64,000 bases of DNA from Geosiphon pyriformis uo1 (lineage: Eukaryota > Fungi > Glomeromycota), in contig JAAOMT010000197.1 of the NCBI GenBank assembly GCA_016748015.1, positions 425,605-489,604 of the forward strand, written 5' to 3'. The notes beneath the pieces were generated by a model, which had not been told where the DNA came from, did no database searches, and saw only the letters and a list, made by a program, of their open reading frames with translations. This document shows positions 40,004-54,899 of the stretch, piece after piece. Both the position numbers and the translations under genes were made by a program. The number at the start of each line of letters is the position of its first letter. Positions within the stretch are counted from its first letter, which is position 1.

Positions 40004-41291
40004 AATGAGTTTGTGTGTATACGAGTTTTTGAGAAGAAAAGTGGGTCGGTTGATTTTTTAAAAAAATTATGATGATAGATGGAAAGTAAATAGGGAAATT
40101 TAAAAAAGATATTATTTAGATTTTTTGATTCAGCTTTTTGGTCTGTAAATCAGTTATGCCTTGAGTAGCAAAAATGTCAGGTAATATGACAAGATTTTCC
40201 AATCGCAACACAACCATAATCATACACATACACACATAGACCCACGACATAAAGTTTTTTTTATTTGCAAAGTTTTTTTTCCTGTTTGTGTGTGAGGTTT
40301 TTGCGGTGGGTGGTAACATATCATATATTTTGATATCGCTTTCGGTGACCTTTGTCGTAGTAACTTTTTGTCGCGAACATTTTAAAAAAAAAGATAAATT
40401 ACTGGCAGTTGATGAATGATGACGGTTTGTGTAGTCTCAATGATAATAATTTAAAAACATGAAATACAGAAATGGTCAAATCGGTAGGTAGATTAGAAAT
40501 TTTATATATGGTGGTGGATAAGTTAAAGTAAGGCTTGACTCGGTCTGCCTTGAGAAAGATACAGTTTTGGCAGCTGTTTTTATATAGGAAATTTTAGATG
40601 CCTGACAATGAAATTAGGAAATAGTCCAGGAATATCATAGCATCAAACAGCATCACAAGATTTCACTATAACCTCCACCAATTTCTAGGACCCCACATAT
40701 ATATTTTCTTCATCGTTGTCGTTTTGTCTCTTTACGTCATCATCATCTTGCTCAAAAGCAGCAGCCATCACCACCCCTCTCCTCATTCTCATCCTCATCA
40801 TTTCTTCATCAACTTACAGCATTTCACACGCAATCAAAGCAAAATATGGTAAACACTATCTAAACATGGGAAGAGTGAGTAACGACGCCCAAGGTGATAA
40901 TGAATGACTATAATGGCGACTGCAATAGATCTCAGAGTTTAAGGTGTACCTTAACAATTGAATGTCACAAACCTGCGCACAGGACGCAGCAGATTTTCGT
41001 TCAAATCGGTAGCCTGCTTTCAAATTTGGTATTATTTTGTTTTAAATCGATTCTTGAAATACCGTCTAGATCTTGGTATCCCAAAAAGAATTTTATAGTG
41101 CGATTTTTTAAAGATATAATAAGCTATTTTCTATATTAATTTTGATTTTGGGGTTTAATGCCAATATTAGATACTGTATATACAAAACTACTTTTAATTT
41201 TGGTGCAGAATGAGGAGTTGATATTTTAAAATGGTTTTTTTTTTGGACAAAAATAATCTAAATTGATACAGGTAATGAATTTTATGAGGGA

Positions 41292-41323
<32 letters not shown>

Positions 41324-41430
41324 CTCATCTCCGGTCTTCCCTCCACTCTGAAGAAAGTGAAACTCTCATTTTGAACTTCAAGGTTTATGGTCCTCTATCA
41401 TGAATTCATTCACAAAGCATAGAACGATAG

Positions 41431-43597
41431 TTATAAGATGGTTCCTCTATAATATGGTTTCGATGGTGATATAGCATGTCCAAATGATGTCGTTAATGAA
41501 TCGTGATCTTGATAGGTTTTTGAAAACTCGGTCGACAACGTTGAGTTTGGTGCAAGAAAGTTGAATAGTGGAAGGGATGATGTTGCACCAGATGTACGAG
41601 ATGATAATAAATTGGCTTGAGATGGAGGCCTTCCATGAAAAGATGCAGCAGAAGCGTGCAAAGGACTTGATGCAGGGGAAGATGACATGAATTCTTTCGT
41701 CAATTCTGCAGAAATTGGTGGTAGAATAACATTCTCTGAAGAATTTTTTCCTCCTGAAAAAATCAATGGTGAATTTGGACTTGAAGGGATCAATGGCTCT
41801 ACTTTGAGCCTCTTTGATTCAAGAGCTGTAAGTGATGATGGAGGAGGTAATATATGGCTTGTTGTTTCAATCGAAGTTTGATTACCGAATGTCAAATGAG
41901 ATGTAGAATCGTTTGAGGAGTGAGTAACTGAGGTTGATGAAGGAGGATTAACTGTGGTTACGGTGGTGGACGTTATCGAATAATTTGTGACGGTTGCATC
42001 GCTCTTTTCGTTTGTTAAAAGTGAAATCCCCTTGTTTGAATTCAATTCCGCTCGCATGGTTTCATTTTCTGTTTGTAAATTCTACATGGAATTCCAAGAA
42101 ATCAGAATTTTTGTTTTGATGAGTTTCTTCATGAGATCGGAAAATAAAGATTTGTTTTAGCAAAAAAGGGTCATTGTAAAATAATCTATAACTAATTAAC
42201 AATTTTCTATTCAGCGTATTGCTTCATAGGGACTTTGTGAAATTTGTGTTGGCTAAATCTGTATGAATTGAATTGAATTGAAGGTTACCTTAATATATTC
42301 TACAGCGCGTCTCAAAATACTGCCTTTATTCGGTTTTGCCCCTGGGGTATAAGCAACTGGCATGAGAAGGGATATTTCAAAAATAGTATTGTTGATATTG
42401 TTTCTTCTTTTCCTTTCTACATTATTATGATTTTCTCTTCGACGCTTAAGACGTTCCATAGCAGTCTAAACAGGTAACATAGTTTGAGCAAGAATAATAA
42501 ATTTGAGTTTTTTGAGCGATATTCAGCCTAACAAATCAGATGTGAAATTATGACGCGAAGCGTATATCAAAGTTTAATATTCTCGATTAAAAGTGATCAT
42601 TATAAACTTTCGCTTGCTACACGTTTAAAAAAATAGGTACATTACCTGCATATCAAGACTATTTCTGTGATACAATTAAAAATTTGATGGGAAATGGTAA
42701 AAGGCAAATGAGAATTAATTGAAAAGCGCATGAAAAAAACGAGTTTTTTTTTTTTTTTTTTTTTTGAAAAAGAATCTGTTTATTTGACAATAGATTACCG
42801 AAAATTAAAGATAAAGTTATCTTTTCCGGTTCACTCTGACACCTTTTATTTTTTTACCCATCACCAATCACCGGGCAAAGAGTGGTAGTACCTAGTCGAG
42901 TTTTTCATGAGCGACAAAAAAGCTGGTTATTTGAACTCGGAGATGACAAGCCCCGATTGACTCGTAAAAATTCATTTTGTCATATGACTAATGGAGCCGA
43001 CATGATCGGCGATCGGTGGTGGGTCAAGAAAAGGTGACCCGAGTGGTTCAAATATGATACTTTTGCAAATCACATGTTTTGATTGGTAAAAGGAAAAGCA
43101 TGATAATACCTGTTAAGAATATTAACCCCATTTACACGATACTGTAATTGTTTCTTTTCCTTTGACTTTTTCTTTGCCATTTCTTGAGGAGCAAGTTCCG
43201 AAGTGAAATTAAGAAATAGTGGTTGATTATTTTGGTGTTGACGAGTCAAATCTTGCATTTCATAATCATCCTCATCATCACTATAATCTTCATCCGCAGA
43301 AGGGGAGGCATCTCTTGACATTGTCGCAGAAGAATCATAGTAAGTCTCCTGAGAGTCGACTACAGGTTTTGTGTTTAAGTAGAGTTGTAGGTGATCTTTT
43401 TTGACGTTTGGAAAGAATTTATCCGATCCGTCTGGCATATGAACACGAACGTGAGCATTTTGGTTATAAGTGTTAGGTTGCCACTCGGCAATGATTCCTC
43501 CCTGTGAGATACAATCTGGAAGACTATGACTATGGTGATCTTGTTGTTCATAATGTAACGCGTCAGACACGTTTTTAGGTGGAGCTGGCATTCTCAT
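41431..43597 (-). CDS. bHLH(-Zip) transcription factor, E-box-binding class, ~444 aa, 4 exons (43597-43110, 42664-42646, 42465-42289, 42081-41431); start codon uncertain
   Basis: RRRENHNNVERKRRNNINNTIFEISLLMP...NKGSILRRAVEYIK|NLQTENETMRAEL. The H-E-R basic residues are typical of CACGTG binders. All GT-AG junctions keep the frame. Confidence 0.9.
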
Positions 43598-44429
43598 GTA
43601 GATGTAGGTATACAGTGTTAAATAAGGAGTAATACTTTGAGGGGTTTATAATAAAATTAAATTATTTGGTGGATGACCACAAAGATCAGTAAGATATGGA
43701 AATTGTCAAGAATGAATTTCGAGAAGAAAAAATGGTGGCGAAGGAAATGTGGAAAGAATAAGCTTGTAGAAAGAGAGAAAGCCCAGAAAGCAAGCGAAGA
43801 GATTAAGTAATTAACGTGCGAAATAATTCAAGTACTTTTCAAGTACTTGAATTAACTAGTATGGTACAAATCTAAGTGGAAGAATAGACTGTATAAACCG
43901 GAAAACGAATTTTAAACAGAAACATCAGATATTTGTATGTTTTTTTTTTTACATGAGAGATGACATTTTGTTACACCATTGTCGCCATTTATCAAAAATT
44001 CCAAAACCTTTTATCAGAGGAGAGAGATTGTAAAATTAAAAGAGGATCCGATTAAAAAAAATTTTTTTTTTTGAAATAAAACTAATATAAGAAAGGTAAT
44101 AATTTTCAGAATTTATATATTCTGAAATAAAAGACCGGGGAACGTGTTAAATGCGCATGAGTGAAAAATCCCAAGCATTGTGTCTTGATTAGAATCAGTT
44201 GAGATCAAAAAATTAATAATTTATCGTTCCGAATTGAGGTCATTCAATGTAATAGATAAAAAGAAAGTGGGAATCTCAATTGAAGATGAAATGCATGCTC
44301 TGTTGATTTGATAAGTTCAAAATGGAAAAATTTTACTTTAAAATGGAAAAAGTAGGGTTATATGACAACATGCATCGATAAATAACTTTGGGGAAAGAAG
44401 GATCATGATTTTTTTATCGATATTAATAG

Positions 44430-44430
<1 letters not shown>

Positions 44431-44495
<65 letters not shown>

Positions 44496-44551
44496 TTTAT
44501 TATCATTATTTTGAAAACCAAAACCCTTTGACATACGAATTATTTAGTCCA

Positions 44552-44593
<42 letters not shown>
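44431..44593. repeat. (TTA)n tract and a nearby oppositely oriented (TAA)n tract
   Basis: Seen directly at 44431-44494 and 44555-44593. Confidence 0.9.
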
Positions 44594-44594
<1 letters not shown>

Positions 44595-45779
44595 TCTTTT
44601 TCTCAAAGTGAAACTGCGCACTTTTTGACATTCACGACACGCGCGACTGATCCGAATATATTCTTGTTTTTCTGTTTGATTTTTTTTTCGGATTGTATAC
44701 AATAGAAATGCAGACAATTTGAACGACGTAATATGATGAACAGGAAAAGACAAGCAAAGCAAGGAGTCAAAACAACTTTGATATCAACTGATAGAGTATT
44801 AACATGTGTTATTAGATTTTTGTGCTTTCGATTACGCGAATAAAATTTAATTGGCTCTGAAAATAAATAAATCTATTAAAAATTTTTTTTTTCTTGTAGT
44901 TCCATTCTCTGACACACAATTTCTCACCTTTTTCTTACAGATATTTCTGTTCACTGGTGTTACTTTGATCTTGATCTAAAATGATGTCTCGATCCTAAAG
45001 ATCTTTAATCAGAAAGAAAAAAAAAATCGGGTTTACATCCTTTTATTGTTGATGTGTATTTTACGTGCTCAATGCTAAGCTTCATAATTACTTATGTTTA
45101 TCCTCAATTAAGTTTTTACACAAAAATTCATTATAATCGACAAACTTCTATCAAAGCACAAATTTGCCATTTGTGAAACGAATCCTTTGGATCTTTACCC
45201 CTTTTATCGATTTTCACGAGGATAAATCGCATTCTAATGAAGTCACAAAAAACCATGCCTGTGTGATGAACATTCCCTGTTTGATGGTTTTACCGCACAT
45301 GTTTATCAATTATCCTCGCACAGTAGCGCTGTGCAGCCTTTAACAAATTATCATTAAAGTGTGTATGTTTTTCAATTCAATTCAATTCAATTCAATTCAA
45401 TTATTATTATTATTATTATTATTATTACTGTTAAAGCTTTCAAATATGAAATACATAAATAGATTTCAAAAAAGGGCGGAAAAATCATCGAGATTTCATT
45501 AAGACGGGAAATTTGATAAGATAATACTTTAAAGCTTGTTTTTTTTTTTTAATCTTGATCTTTTTTCTAAATCTAACAAAACAAATTTCAAATATGAATC
45601 AATTCTAGGTGTTACATGAAAGAGAGAAAAGACAATATGGGAGAATGGGTGGATGGAAAAGGGTGGAAGAGAGTAATATATTGCAACAAACCGATCACCT
45701 GATCGATTTTGTGAATAAAAATTTCTTTATTTTTTAACCTCTTTACATTTTGAAAATATTTCTTTTGATCAGAATAATT

Positions 45780-48700
45780 AATTTTAATTTAATTTTTAAA
45801 AACTATTTATTCTTAAAAAAAGTAGATTATTTAAGCTATATTATTTTTAATTTAAATAAATAAAATAACTACAATTAAATTGGTATAAATTTATTTAGAT
45901 TAAAAAAACCTTAATTAAAACATATAAAACTATAAAATTGGGTTTTTTTAATATTACTAAAATTAAAACAGTTAATTAAAAAATATTATTGATTTTAATT
46001 TTTAAAAGCCCAATTTTAATTTAGTTTAATAATATTATTAAATAATTTAATGTTTTTAAAAACTGTTATTTTATTTTATAATACATTATTCTTTTAAGTA
46101 TTGGCTTTTCAAAAAATGTGTAATACTATAAAATTAAAATTTATTATAAAAATTTTAAAAAAAATTAATATATTTGTAATTTTTGTGCATATTAATAGAT
46201 TAAAAAATTTAATATAAATTAAATTATTTTTTTAATATTTTTATATATTTTTAAATTTGTTCTAATTATTTATAATAAATTAATTTTTTATGTTAATAAT
46301 AAAATTATTAAGATTTAAAATATAAACAAAAAAAAAACTAGTTTTAATATAAGTTACAAAGATTCAATATTAATATAAATAAATTTATTTGTAAATTAAT
46401 TAGATATTTTTGTCTTTTAAAAATAAAAAAAATTATCAATAATTTGTTTTCTAAGAATAATTAACTTTTATATATTAAAATTTAAATTATTATATATTTA
46501 AATTTTAATCAAAATAATTAATAAACAAACCAAAATCTTATAAATCAAGTAATTAATAAAACTATTTTAATTTTTAAATAAATAGAAAAAATTGTACTTT
46601 TTATGTTAAATAACAATTATAATTATAAAACTTATGCTAAAAATACTTTTATAATTTTATAAATAAATTTAAAAAATAATAATACAATCATTTTTTTTCA
46701 ATAAAAAATTATTTGTAATAAAATAAATATTTTTATTGTAATTTTATGTTTAAAAATCTTAAAACAATTATTTTATTAACATTAAATTTTATTGGTTTTG
46801 TTAATATTTATTGTTATATATATTAATTATTTAATATATATTAATATTTATAAATAAGATTTTTTAAATAAAATTATTGTTTTTTTTATTAAAAATATAA
46901 ATTATATTAACAAATTCTAAATAGTATTTTGTGAAAATTTAGTTATAATTTTTTATTAAGTTTTAATAAAGTGTATCTAAATATAATTTAAATTAAATAT
47001 ATTTTATGTGTTTTTTATATATAACTAATTATTTAAATCTATTAAAGTACTAATTAAGCTGAATTAAAATAAACTAAAAATAAACTTAGTTTACTAAGTT
47101 TTTCAATAATATTATTTAAATTTTGAATATTAAAATAAAATCACTAAAAAACAATCTAGTTTTTTCAATATTATTTTTAAATTTAAGACTATATATTTAT
47201 TATAAAATAATTCTATAATTACATGTATTTTTACTTAAAAAAAGTGTTTTAATAATATTAATTATAATAAGCAAGTTTTTTTTACTTTGTAATTTTTGTG
47301 TATATTTTTAAATAAAATAAAACAAACCAAAATAATCAAAAAATTAATAATTTTAATAATAAATTTTATTAAATTAACTAAGCTTTTAATTTATAATTTT
47401 AAAAAATTTAACTTAAAATCAAACAATAATTATAATTAAAAAGACAATATAAAAAAAAGCCAAAGAAACAAAAGTTTTAACATAAAATTTATTAATAACC
47501 AAAAATAACACAAAAGATTTAAAGTTATTAGAAAACTTAACAAATAATTTAAAAATAATAATAATATTATACAATCTTTAAACAGATGTTTTAAACTTAA
47601 ATATTTATAGTAGTAATAATATTTAAAAGTTTTTTATCAGATATAATATTTGTATTAAATATTAATTTTAACTATTACAAAATTTAAAAAATCATAAAAG
47701 TCAAATATTATAATAGTAAAACATTGTTAATAATAAAAATCAGAAAAATCAGAAATAAAACAAATATAAATACCAACTTAAAAAATCATATTACTGATTT
47801 AAAAGCAATATAACTAGCAAAAAGATTAACTAACTTGGTTTTAAAAGTATTTTATATAAGAATAATTTCTTTTTAATTAAAAAAAAAGATTTAAACACTA
47901 TTTTTTTTATTAATATAAATTAATAAACAAAAATAATAGCAATAAAAAAAAGTTTTTTAAAATAAATAACAACATATTGTTACAAGTCAACAAACTTTTA
48001 CTTAATTAAAATAACAACACTAAAAACACCAAAAATATATTAAAAAATATATTAAGAAAAATACTACAAAATACAATAAAAGTAGAAAAAAAAAAATTTA
48101 TTATAAAAAATTTTGCAATTTTAAGTATGATTAAAAAAAAATCATTGATAATAATATTGAAAACAAAATTTATACAAAACAACTTAATATTGTTTTTTAA
48201 AATTAATTTAAGTTTAACAAAACCAAATAATAAGTAAAACAAATAATTAACTAAGATCAGTTTGATTTTAAAAATAAAATCAAATATTAAAATAAAAGTT
48301 ATTTATTCAAAAAATTTTTAATAACTAAAAATTGTATTTTAGATACTATTAAAGACAGCACCAAAAAACAAAAAAGAAGATATTAATTTTGTTTTTATTT
48401 AATTAGCTTAATTTTTAAGATTAAATAACTTAATAAATTGTTTTGCTTTTAGAACTGGTAACAATTTATTAAAAAATATTATATTTGGCAATATAATTAG
48501 TAATTAATTTTGGTTTATCTTAAAAAACTTGCCATTATTGTTATTGTTTATATTAAAAAAGGGGCTAATTGTTAATAAAAAAAAATTTTCTAGGATTTTA
48601 TCTAAAATTACAAAGAAGTTTAATATAATAATAGCAAATATAAATAATTACTACTGTTTTTTAAAGTTTTTGATTTTTTTGGTTATTTGTAAAAAAGTAT

Positions 48701-50980
48701 TAATAGTAATAATAGTAATAATAGTAATAATAATAATAGTAATAAAAACAAAAAAAACCTAAAAACTTTGAGATTTTTGAAGAAAATAAAAACAATATTA
48801 AAATTAATTCTAATGTGTTTTTAAAAAAAACTTTAATTAAAAAAGAATTATTAACCAAAAATAAAAAAATGATTTATAAAGTATTAAAAACAGTTTTTTA
48901 CTATTAAAATTTAAAAAAAATAATTGTTAAACTATTTTGTTTAACTGTTTTAACAATAGAAAAATCTTTTTTTATTGAAAATTTATAAGTTATTATAAAA
49001 AAAGTAATGCTTAAAACTATTTTACTTTTTGTTCTGATTGTAATTATAAAATTAAAAAATATATATAAATTAATATTATGATTAATTGGTTTAAAAATAG
49101 TTTAAAATGTAATTTTAGCAAAAAAATAAAATTTATATTTAATAATAATAGTTTTTTTTTTTTTAAATAAAAATAAAAATTATTATTCTTAATTATAATT
49201 ATTAAAACACATTAAATAATACATAAAAATAATAAATAATAATATTATTAATATAAGTTTTTTTAAGATTTTGCTTAATTAAATTATGAACTAATTAATA
49301 TTTTTTATTTAATATATATAATTATATAAAAATTTAATCAATTAAAAATGTTTTTTTAAATGCTAAAAATTTATATTATTTATTATTAATTTTTACTTAA
49401 AGTATTTACAAAAAAATTTAACTATATAAATAAATCTTTAAAAATATTTTTTATAAAAAATACATTAATTATATATTTTATTTATAAAGTTTTTAAATTT
49501 TAAAATATTAATATTTTTAAATATTTGTACTATATAATTAAAATTTAGCATACAATTTTATAATTATAATCAAAAAAAAATTTCTATTTTTTGATTACAA
49601 AAAAAACAAAAAAACACTATAAAAATACTTAATTATTTTTTTCTATATTTTATTTATTTTATAAATTATTTTTTTTAATATATTTATTTACATTTTTTTA
49701 ATTTTTTTTTGTTTAAAAAACTGGATTTAATAAATGTTTTTGCTATTGGTTTGATTAAAAAATAAAATAAAATAATAATTTGTTCTAACATTAAAAAAAA
49801 TATATCTGTTTTAATAAAGTAAAAAACAAACAAAAATATTTTTGTTAATTTATTAAATATAAAAATATTAAAGTTTGATAAAATTTTAAATTTATATTTT
49901 AGAAAAGTAATATTAATAAAAAATTTAATATTAAAATCATCAAAAATATATAAAAAAATTAGTTTTATTAATAGTTTTAAGTTTATAAATAAAATTATTT
50001 TTAAAAATATTTACATATAGTTTTATATATTAAATAAGTCAATTAAACAATCTGATTTTAGTGTTCTAAGTAATAATAATAATAAAATACTTGATTTTTT
50101 TGTATTTAATAAATTAAAATTTTTAACTTTAATTTTTTTTAAGAAAAAAATGTTTTTAAGTTTGTAAAATTTTTTGTATTATATTAATTTGTTAAAAATT
50201 ATTAAAAAATTATTTTATCAAATAAATAATTTTAAAAATACATTTATTTTTCCAAAATTTTATAGGATTATTTAATTTATGTTATTATTTATAAAATAAG
50301 ATAAAAAATAAATAATAATAAAAATATAACATAAATTAGCCAATAATATAATAAAAATTATTAAAGCATATAATATTAAAAATTTTAAAAATACTAACAA
50401 AAATACCAAAAATTCTAACAATAACTTGAAAAAAATATAAGAAATTATTAAAAATTTCAAAAATTTTGTATTATAAAGATTTATATATATATAATAATAA
50501 TATTAAAAACAAAAAAAAACAATTATTTAATTTATTTTTATTAAATAACTTTAATAATTAAAAATCTAGTACTTAAAATAAATGCTTTTTTAATAAAATT
50601 ATTATTTAAATTATTTATTATTCAAATTTTATAAATTATTATTCATTTTATTAAAATTTATTTATGTTTAATAAATATTAATAACATTAATTTAACATTA
50701 TTAATAATGTTAAAATAATAGTTTTTAATTATAGTTATTAATAAAATATTAATTTTTTATTTCTTTTTATTTTATTTTTGTTGTATTTATTTGTTTTACT
50801 AATTAATTAAAAAAAATACTAAAATTATAATATTAAAAATTTTTTTAATAAAAAATATAAAAGTAAACATAAAATTAAAATATTAAATAATTTACCAAAA
50901 CTATAAAAAACATTAGAATAAATAAATTATTATATTAAAAAATTTAAATACCAAATATTATTAGTTATTATTATTAAATT
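45780..50980. repeat. Extremely AT-rich decayed repeat block, including a LINE-type ORF1-like remnant at ~48250-49060
   Basis: Very few G or C bases remain. 48250-49060 is homologous to 12760-13326 joined to 31985-32160. Confidence 0.6.
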
Positions 50981-52590
50981 TTTTTTATTTTATTAAAGCA
51001 TTTAATGAATGTAGTCCAATTGCTATTTAATACATAAAACCAAACTAAGTGGTCCAAACTAAATGCAATTCATGCATTTTCTACATGTGGTTAGTCACTC
51101 GGGTCAAACAAGGCAACACTACATATCTATATTAACACAGAGATCACCATCTAAACCAGAAAAAAAAAGACAAGACTTGTAATAGCCAAAGCTAACAGCA
51201 AAAAATTCAAGCATACCAAGAAATCTAACCACACCATCTGACAATACAGAATTCACACAACAAGAAAGACTTGACAACACACTACTATCACCAACCAGAA
51301 GTCTTTTCCATACGCATTCTTAACTTAGATCTCAACAACTACACTTTAAAATAATGCAACTTGACCAATCTTCCAACCAAATCGACAACAAAATTAATAG
51401 CTTTATCTTTCCCATCAAAAACTCCAATAGCCTCTTCACACCACTTTTTTAGCACAAAATCCTTGCATATTATTGAATACAAGCCAAGATCTGAATGACA
51501 AAAATCAAGCACCTGAGAAACAGCAGATGAAGACAAGCCATGAGTACCAACTAAAAAAGCCCAGAAAGTAGAAGTCTCAGACAAAATCTCTTTTCAAATA
51601 TCCACATTCTGGGCATAAATAAAGACATGATCCAGCAATTCTATCTTATCACACAGTAAATAAAGCACACCAAAATATTTTTTATCATAAAGTTTTTTAT
51701 GAACAGCAACAGACAACCTGTGATGCACGGCTTTTATTATATACATATGCAAAGTGGCCAATTTCCAACTAGTAAACCCCACAAGCATGTATGAATTGGG
51801 GTGCCACACCTTTGAGGTGAAAACCCAATCCACATTGCTAACAGATACTCCTGAAATCATATTACAGCCAGGACTCACTTCCCAATGAGCTCTGCAAACA
51901 GACCTAAACACATCTTGAACAAAGTGACAAGTATTGCCAGATACAGCCAAGCCTTCGGTCATCAAAAAATATTTCTGCACTCTTATGGGCAAAAAAACCA
52001 GAGAACCTGCTGCTTTGCCAGCCAATGTATCAGCCTTGATATTGCTGGCTACTCCAGAATGACTCTTGATCTTAATCCAATGTACATTAAGATCTTTATC
52101 CCAAACCAAATTGTAAATATGTCTCCTTTCCATCTAGCAATGATTACAAAAGTCAGGAAAGGCTAAAACCATCTCAGACACATATGCATCAATAGCAGCT
52201 TAACTATTAAGGTACACATCTACACCACAAAAGGATGGAACACACTCCAAAGCCAAGACAACTGTCTGTAATTCAGCCATCATAGAAGAAAGAAGGTCCC
52301 AAACTCCAATGCCAACACTTATGTCCAAAGCCAGAAAATATGCAGCTGCCCCACACATGATTCCAGCAGAACCAGCATTTTTTAATGAACTATCAGTATA
52401 GACTTCAAAATTACTAGACCAGACTTCATGCAAGTTATCCCAAATATCCAAAAATTCCTTGGAATTTGAAATACATAAACTAGGCAAAGGCGATGAGAAA
52501 CTCACCACTGCAGATTCAATAGAACTTTCTTTACACAAAAAACTAGAAGTGCATACAAACCAATAAGGCACAGGACCCTTAAGATCCATA
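50980..52590 (-). mobile_element. LINE 3' fragment (RNase H, Cys motif, 3' UTR, poly(A))
   Basis: VYTDSSLKNAG..CGAAAYF..MAELQTVVLALECVP..YLNS and WIKIKSHSGVASNIKADTLA. Conserved 3' UTR near 51060-51120 and a T-rich tail near 50980. Confidence 0.9.
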
Positions 52591-52739
52591 AATTTTTATT
52601 TATTATACAAAAAATTTAAAAAATTTAAATAATTAAAATCTTTAAATAACCAAAATTTTTAAATTAATTAACAATCTAAAACACTAACTTATAAATTTAT
52701 ATATATATAATTATTTGTAATAATATTTATATATATTTT

Positions 52740-54110
52740 TTATTTATTTATTTTACAAGTACAGTCCAATTACTATCTAGTATACAAAAATAAAACAAGT
52801 AAATTAAACTAAACATAGTTCATGCACTTTCTACACATAACTGGCCACTTGGATTAGTTAAAACAATATTATACACCCACCAGAACTTCTATACTATTGT
52901 CCAAATTAAAAAAAACCAAACATGGCTTGTGCAAACCAAAATTAATAGCAAAAGACTTAATTATACCAAACAAACAAGCCACTCTTTTGAACAGCAAATT
53001 GAATTGACCACATAACAGATCAGACACTATCTTTACATTGTAAACTAGACCAGATTTCCCTATTAAGACCCTAAACTTAGATCTTAACAACCACAACTTA
53101 CTACAATGCTTATCAACTAAATGATAAACAAAATTTGCTACCACTAGAAGAGTCTTTTTTTTATCCTTGAAATGCAATACTGCCTCTTCCACTCAATCTT
53201 TAAGAACAAAACTTTTGCACAAAACTGTGTAAATACTAATATCTAAAGCATCTTGAAAGAGAATACAGAGCACTAAAGATAAAGTTAGAGAGTATTCTCC
53301 AATCAAAGAATTTCCACAATTCAATATAACTCAAGATAATATCAAAGTGCACAGAGGCATCTTTTATGTAAGTAAAAACATGATCAGATAGCTCTATATT
53401 ATCACACATCAAGCACAGAATGCTTGAATAATTTCTGTCATAAAGCTTTTTGTAAACAGCCACTAGCAATTTTCTGTGTATGGTTTTTATCAAATATATA
53501 TATAAAGTAACCAACTTTTTACTAGTGAACCCAGCCAATATGTAAGAATTCAAATGCCAAACTGAGGCAGTATATTTCTAATTAATGTGTCGAATAAAAG
53601 AACTCTCCAAGACATTAACACTAGGACCTGTTTTTTACAAGATCTGACAGATAGTTTGATAAATATTGCAAACAAAATAGTATGCATTGCCTAAAACCAC
53701 TTAACTACCTATTATAAAAACTTTTTTATGAACATCAATAGGAAGAGCTAAATGTAATTCTGCTACCACACAGACAAGAGCATCAACCCAATCATTATCC
53801 ACATCTCCCGAATAATCTTTTATCTTTATCTACCTTATAGAAATGTTTTTTGATCTAATTAAATTAATAACATGACATCTTTTCATTTAACACTTATTCT
53901 AAAAGTCAGGCCAACATAGATTACATTCTGACAAGCACATTTTTAAAACTGTCTGGCTATCCATATGCAAAACTACTAAGCAAGATAAGAGAGTATATTT
54001 TAAGACCAAAGCAATTGCTTACAATTCAAACAATATTGAAAACAACAAGCTGCTCATCTGAACACTCATCCCAATTCTAATATCAGACAAGTATGTCACT
54101 GTATCATTAG
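52740..54110 (-). mobile_element. Second LINE 3' fragment (RNase H to poly(A))
   Basis: CLMCDNIELSDHVF and INFGLHKPCLVF. Conserved 3' UTR near 52805-52870. Confidence 0.85.
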
Positions 54111-54899
54111 AATTATATTTAAATTAAGTTTAAACAAAATTAAAAATTTAATAATAAAAGCAAATATTATAAAAAATATTAATTTAAAACAAATAAATAC
54201 ATATATAAATTAAAAAAAAAATTGTTAAAAAAATTATAATTGATTTTTTTAAATTAATTATAATTTTTACTTTTTTAAATTTAATAAAATAATATTAATT
54301 AAATTACAATTTATTAATTTGTAATAAAAAACTATAATAAAATTTGTTAATAATAAGATTAATAAGTTAATAATTTTCAAGTAATTTGTTTTTATAGATA
54401 AAAATTTAATATATATAATAAAAGCTAATATTAATAAACAATTATAAGTTTTTAAGAATTATTATTAAGTGTTTTTTTATATTTTGTTAATAAACATAAT
54501 AGTTTAATTTAATAATTTTTTATGATAAAAAAACTTATATAATTAATTAAAATTTAATTTTATATGTTTAAATTAAATGTATAATAATTTGTCTTATTTA
54601 TAAAATATTATAAAAAACTGTTTTTTATACTGTTTTAGTTTTTATTATTATATATAATTAAGCTAATTATTGTTATTCGAGATTTTAATTGTTTTTTTAT
54701 TATTATTATTATATTAATTTATTATTAATTTTATTAATAAAAACTATTAAACTTCTAATAAATTAATTTATTTTCAAAATATTTTTTTATACTTTAAACA
54801 ATTTGTATTATTGAGTTTATAATAAATAACCAATTTTATGTAAATTATTTTATATAGTTATTTTGTAATAAAAATTAACTTTTTTATAAAAATTTTTAA

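Noticed and set aside
40716-41139. Small plus-strand ORFs between the SAM-like and bHLH genes
   Set aside because: No recognisable domain or convincing splice model, so they cannot be supported from sequence alone.
45780-50980. Organelle or endosymbiont DNA insertion, or small I/K/N/F-rich genes in the AT-rich block
   Set aside because: The block contains recognisable decayed retroelement sequence homologous to 12.8-13.3 kb. The ORFs are compositional artefacts.
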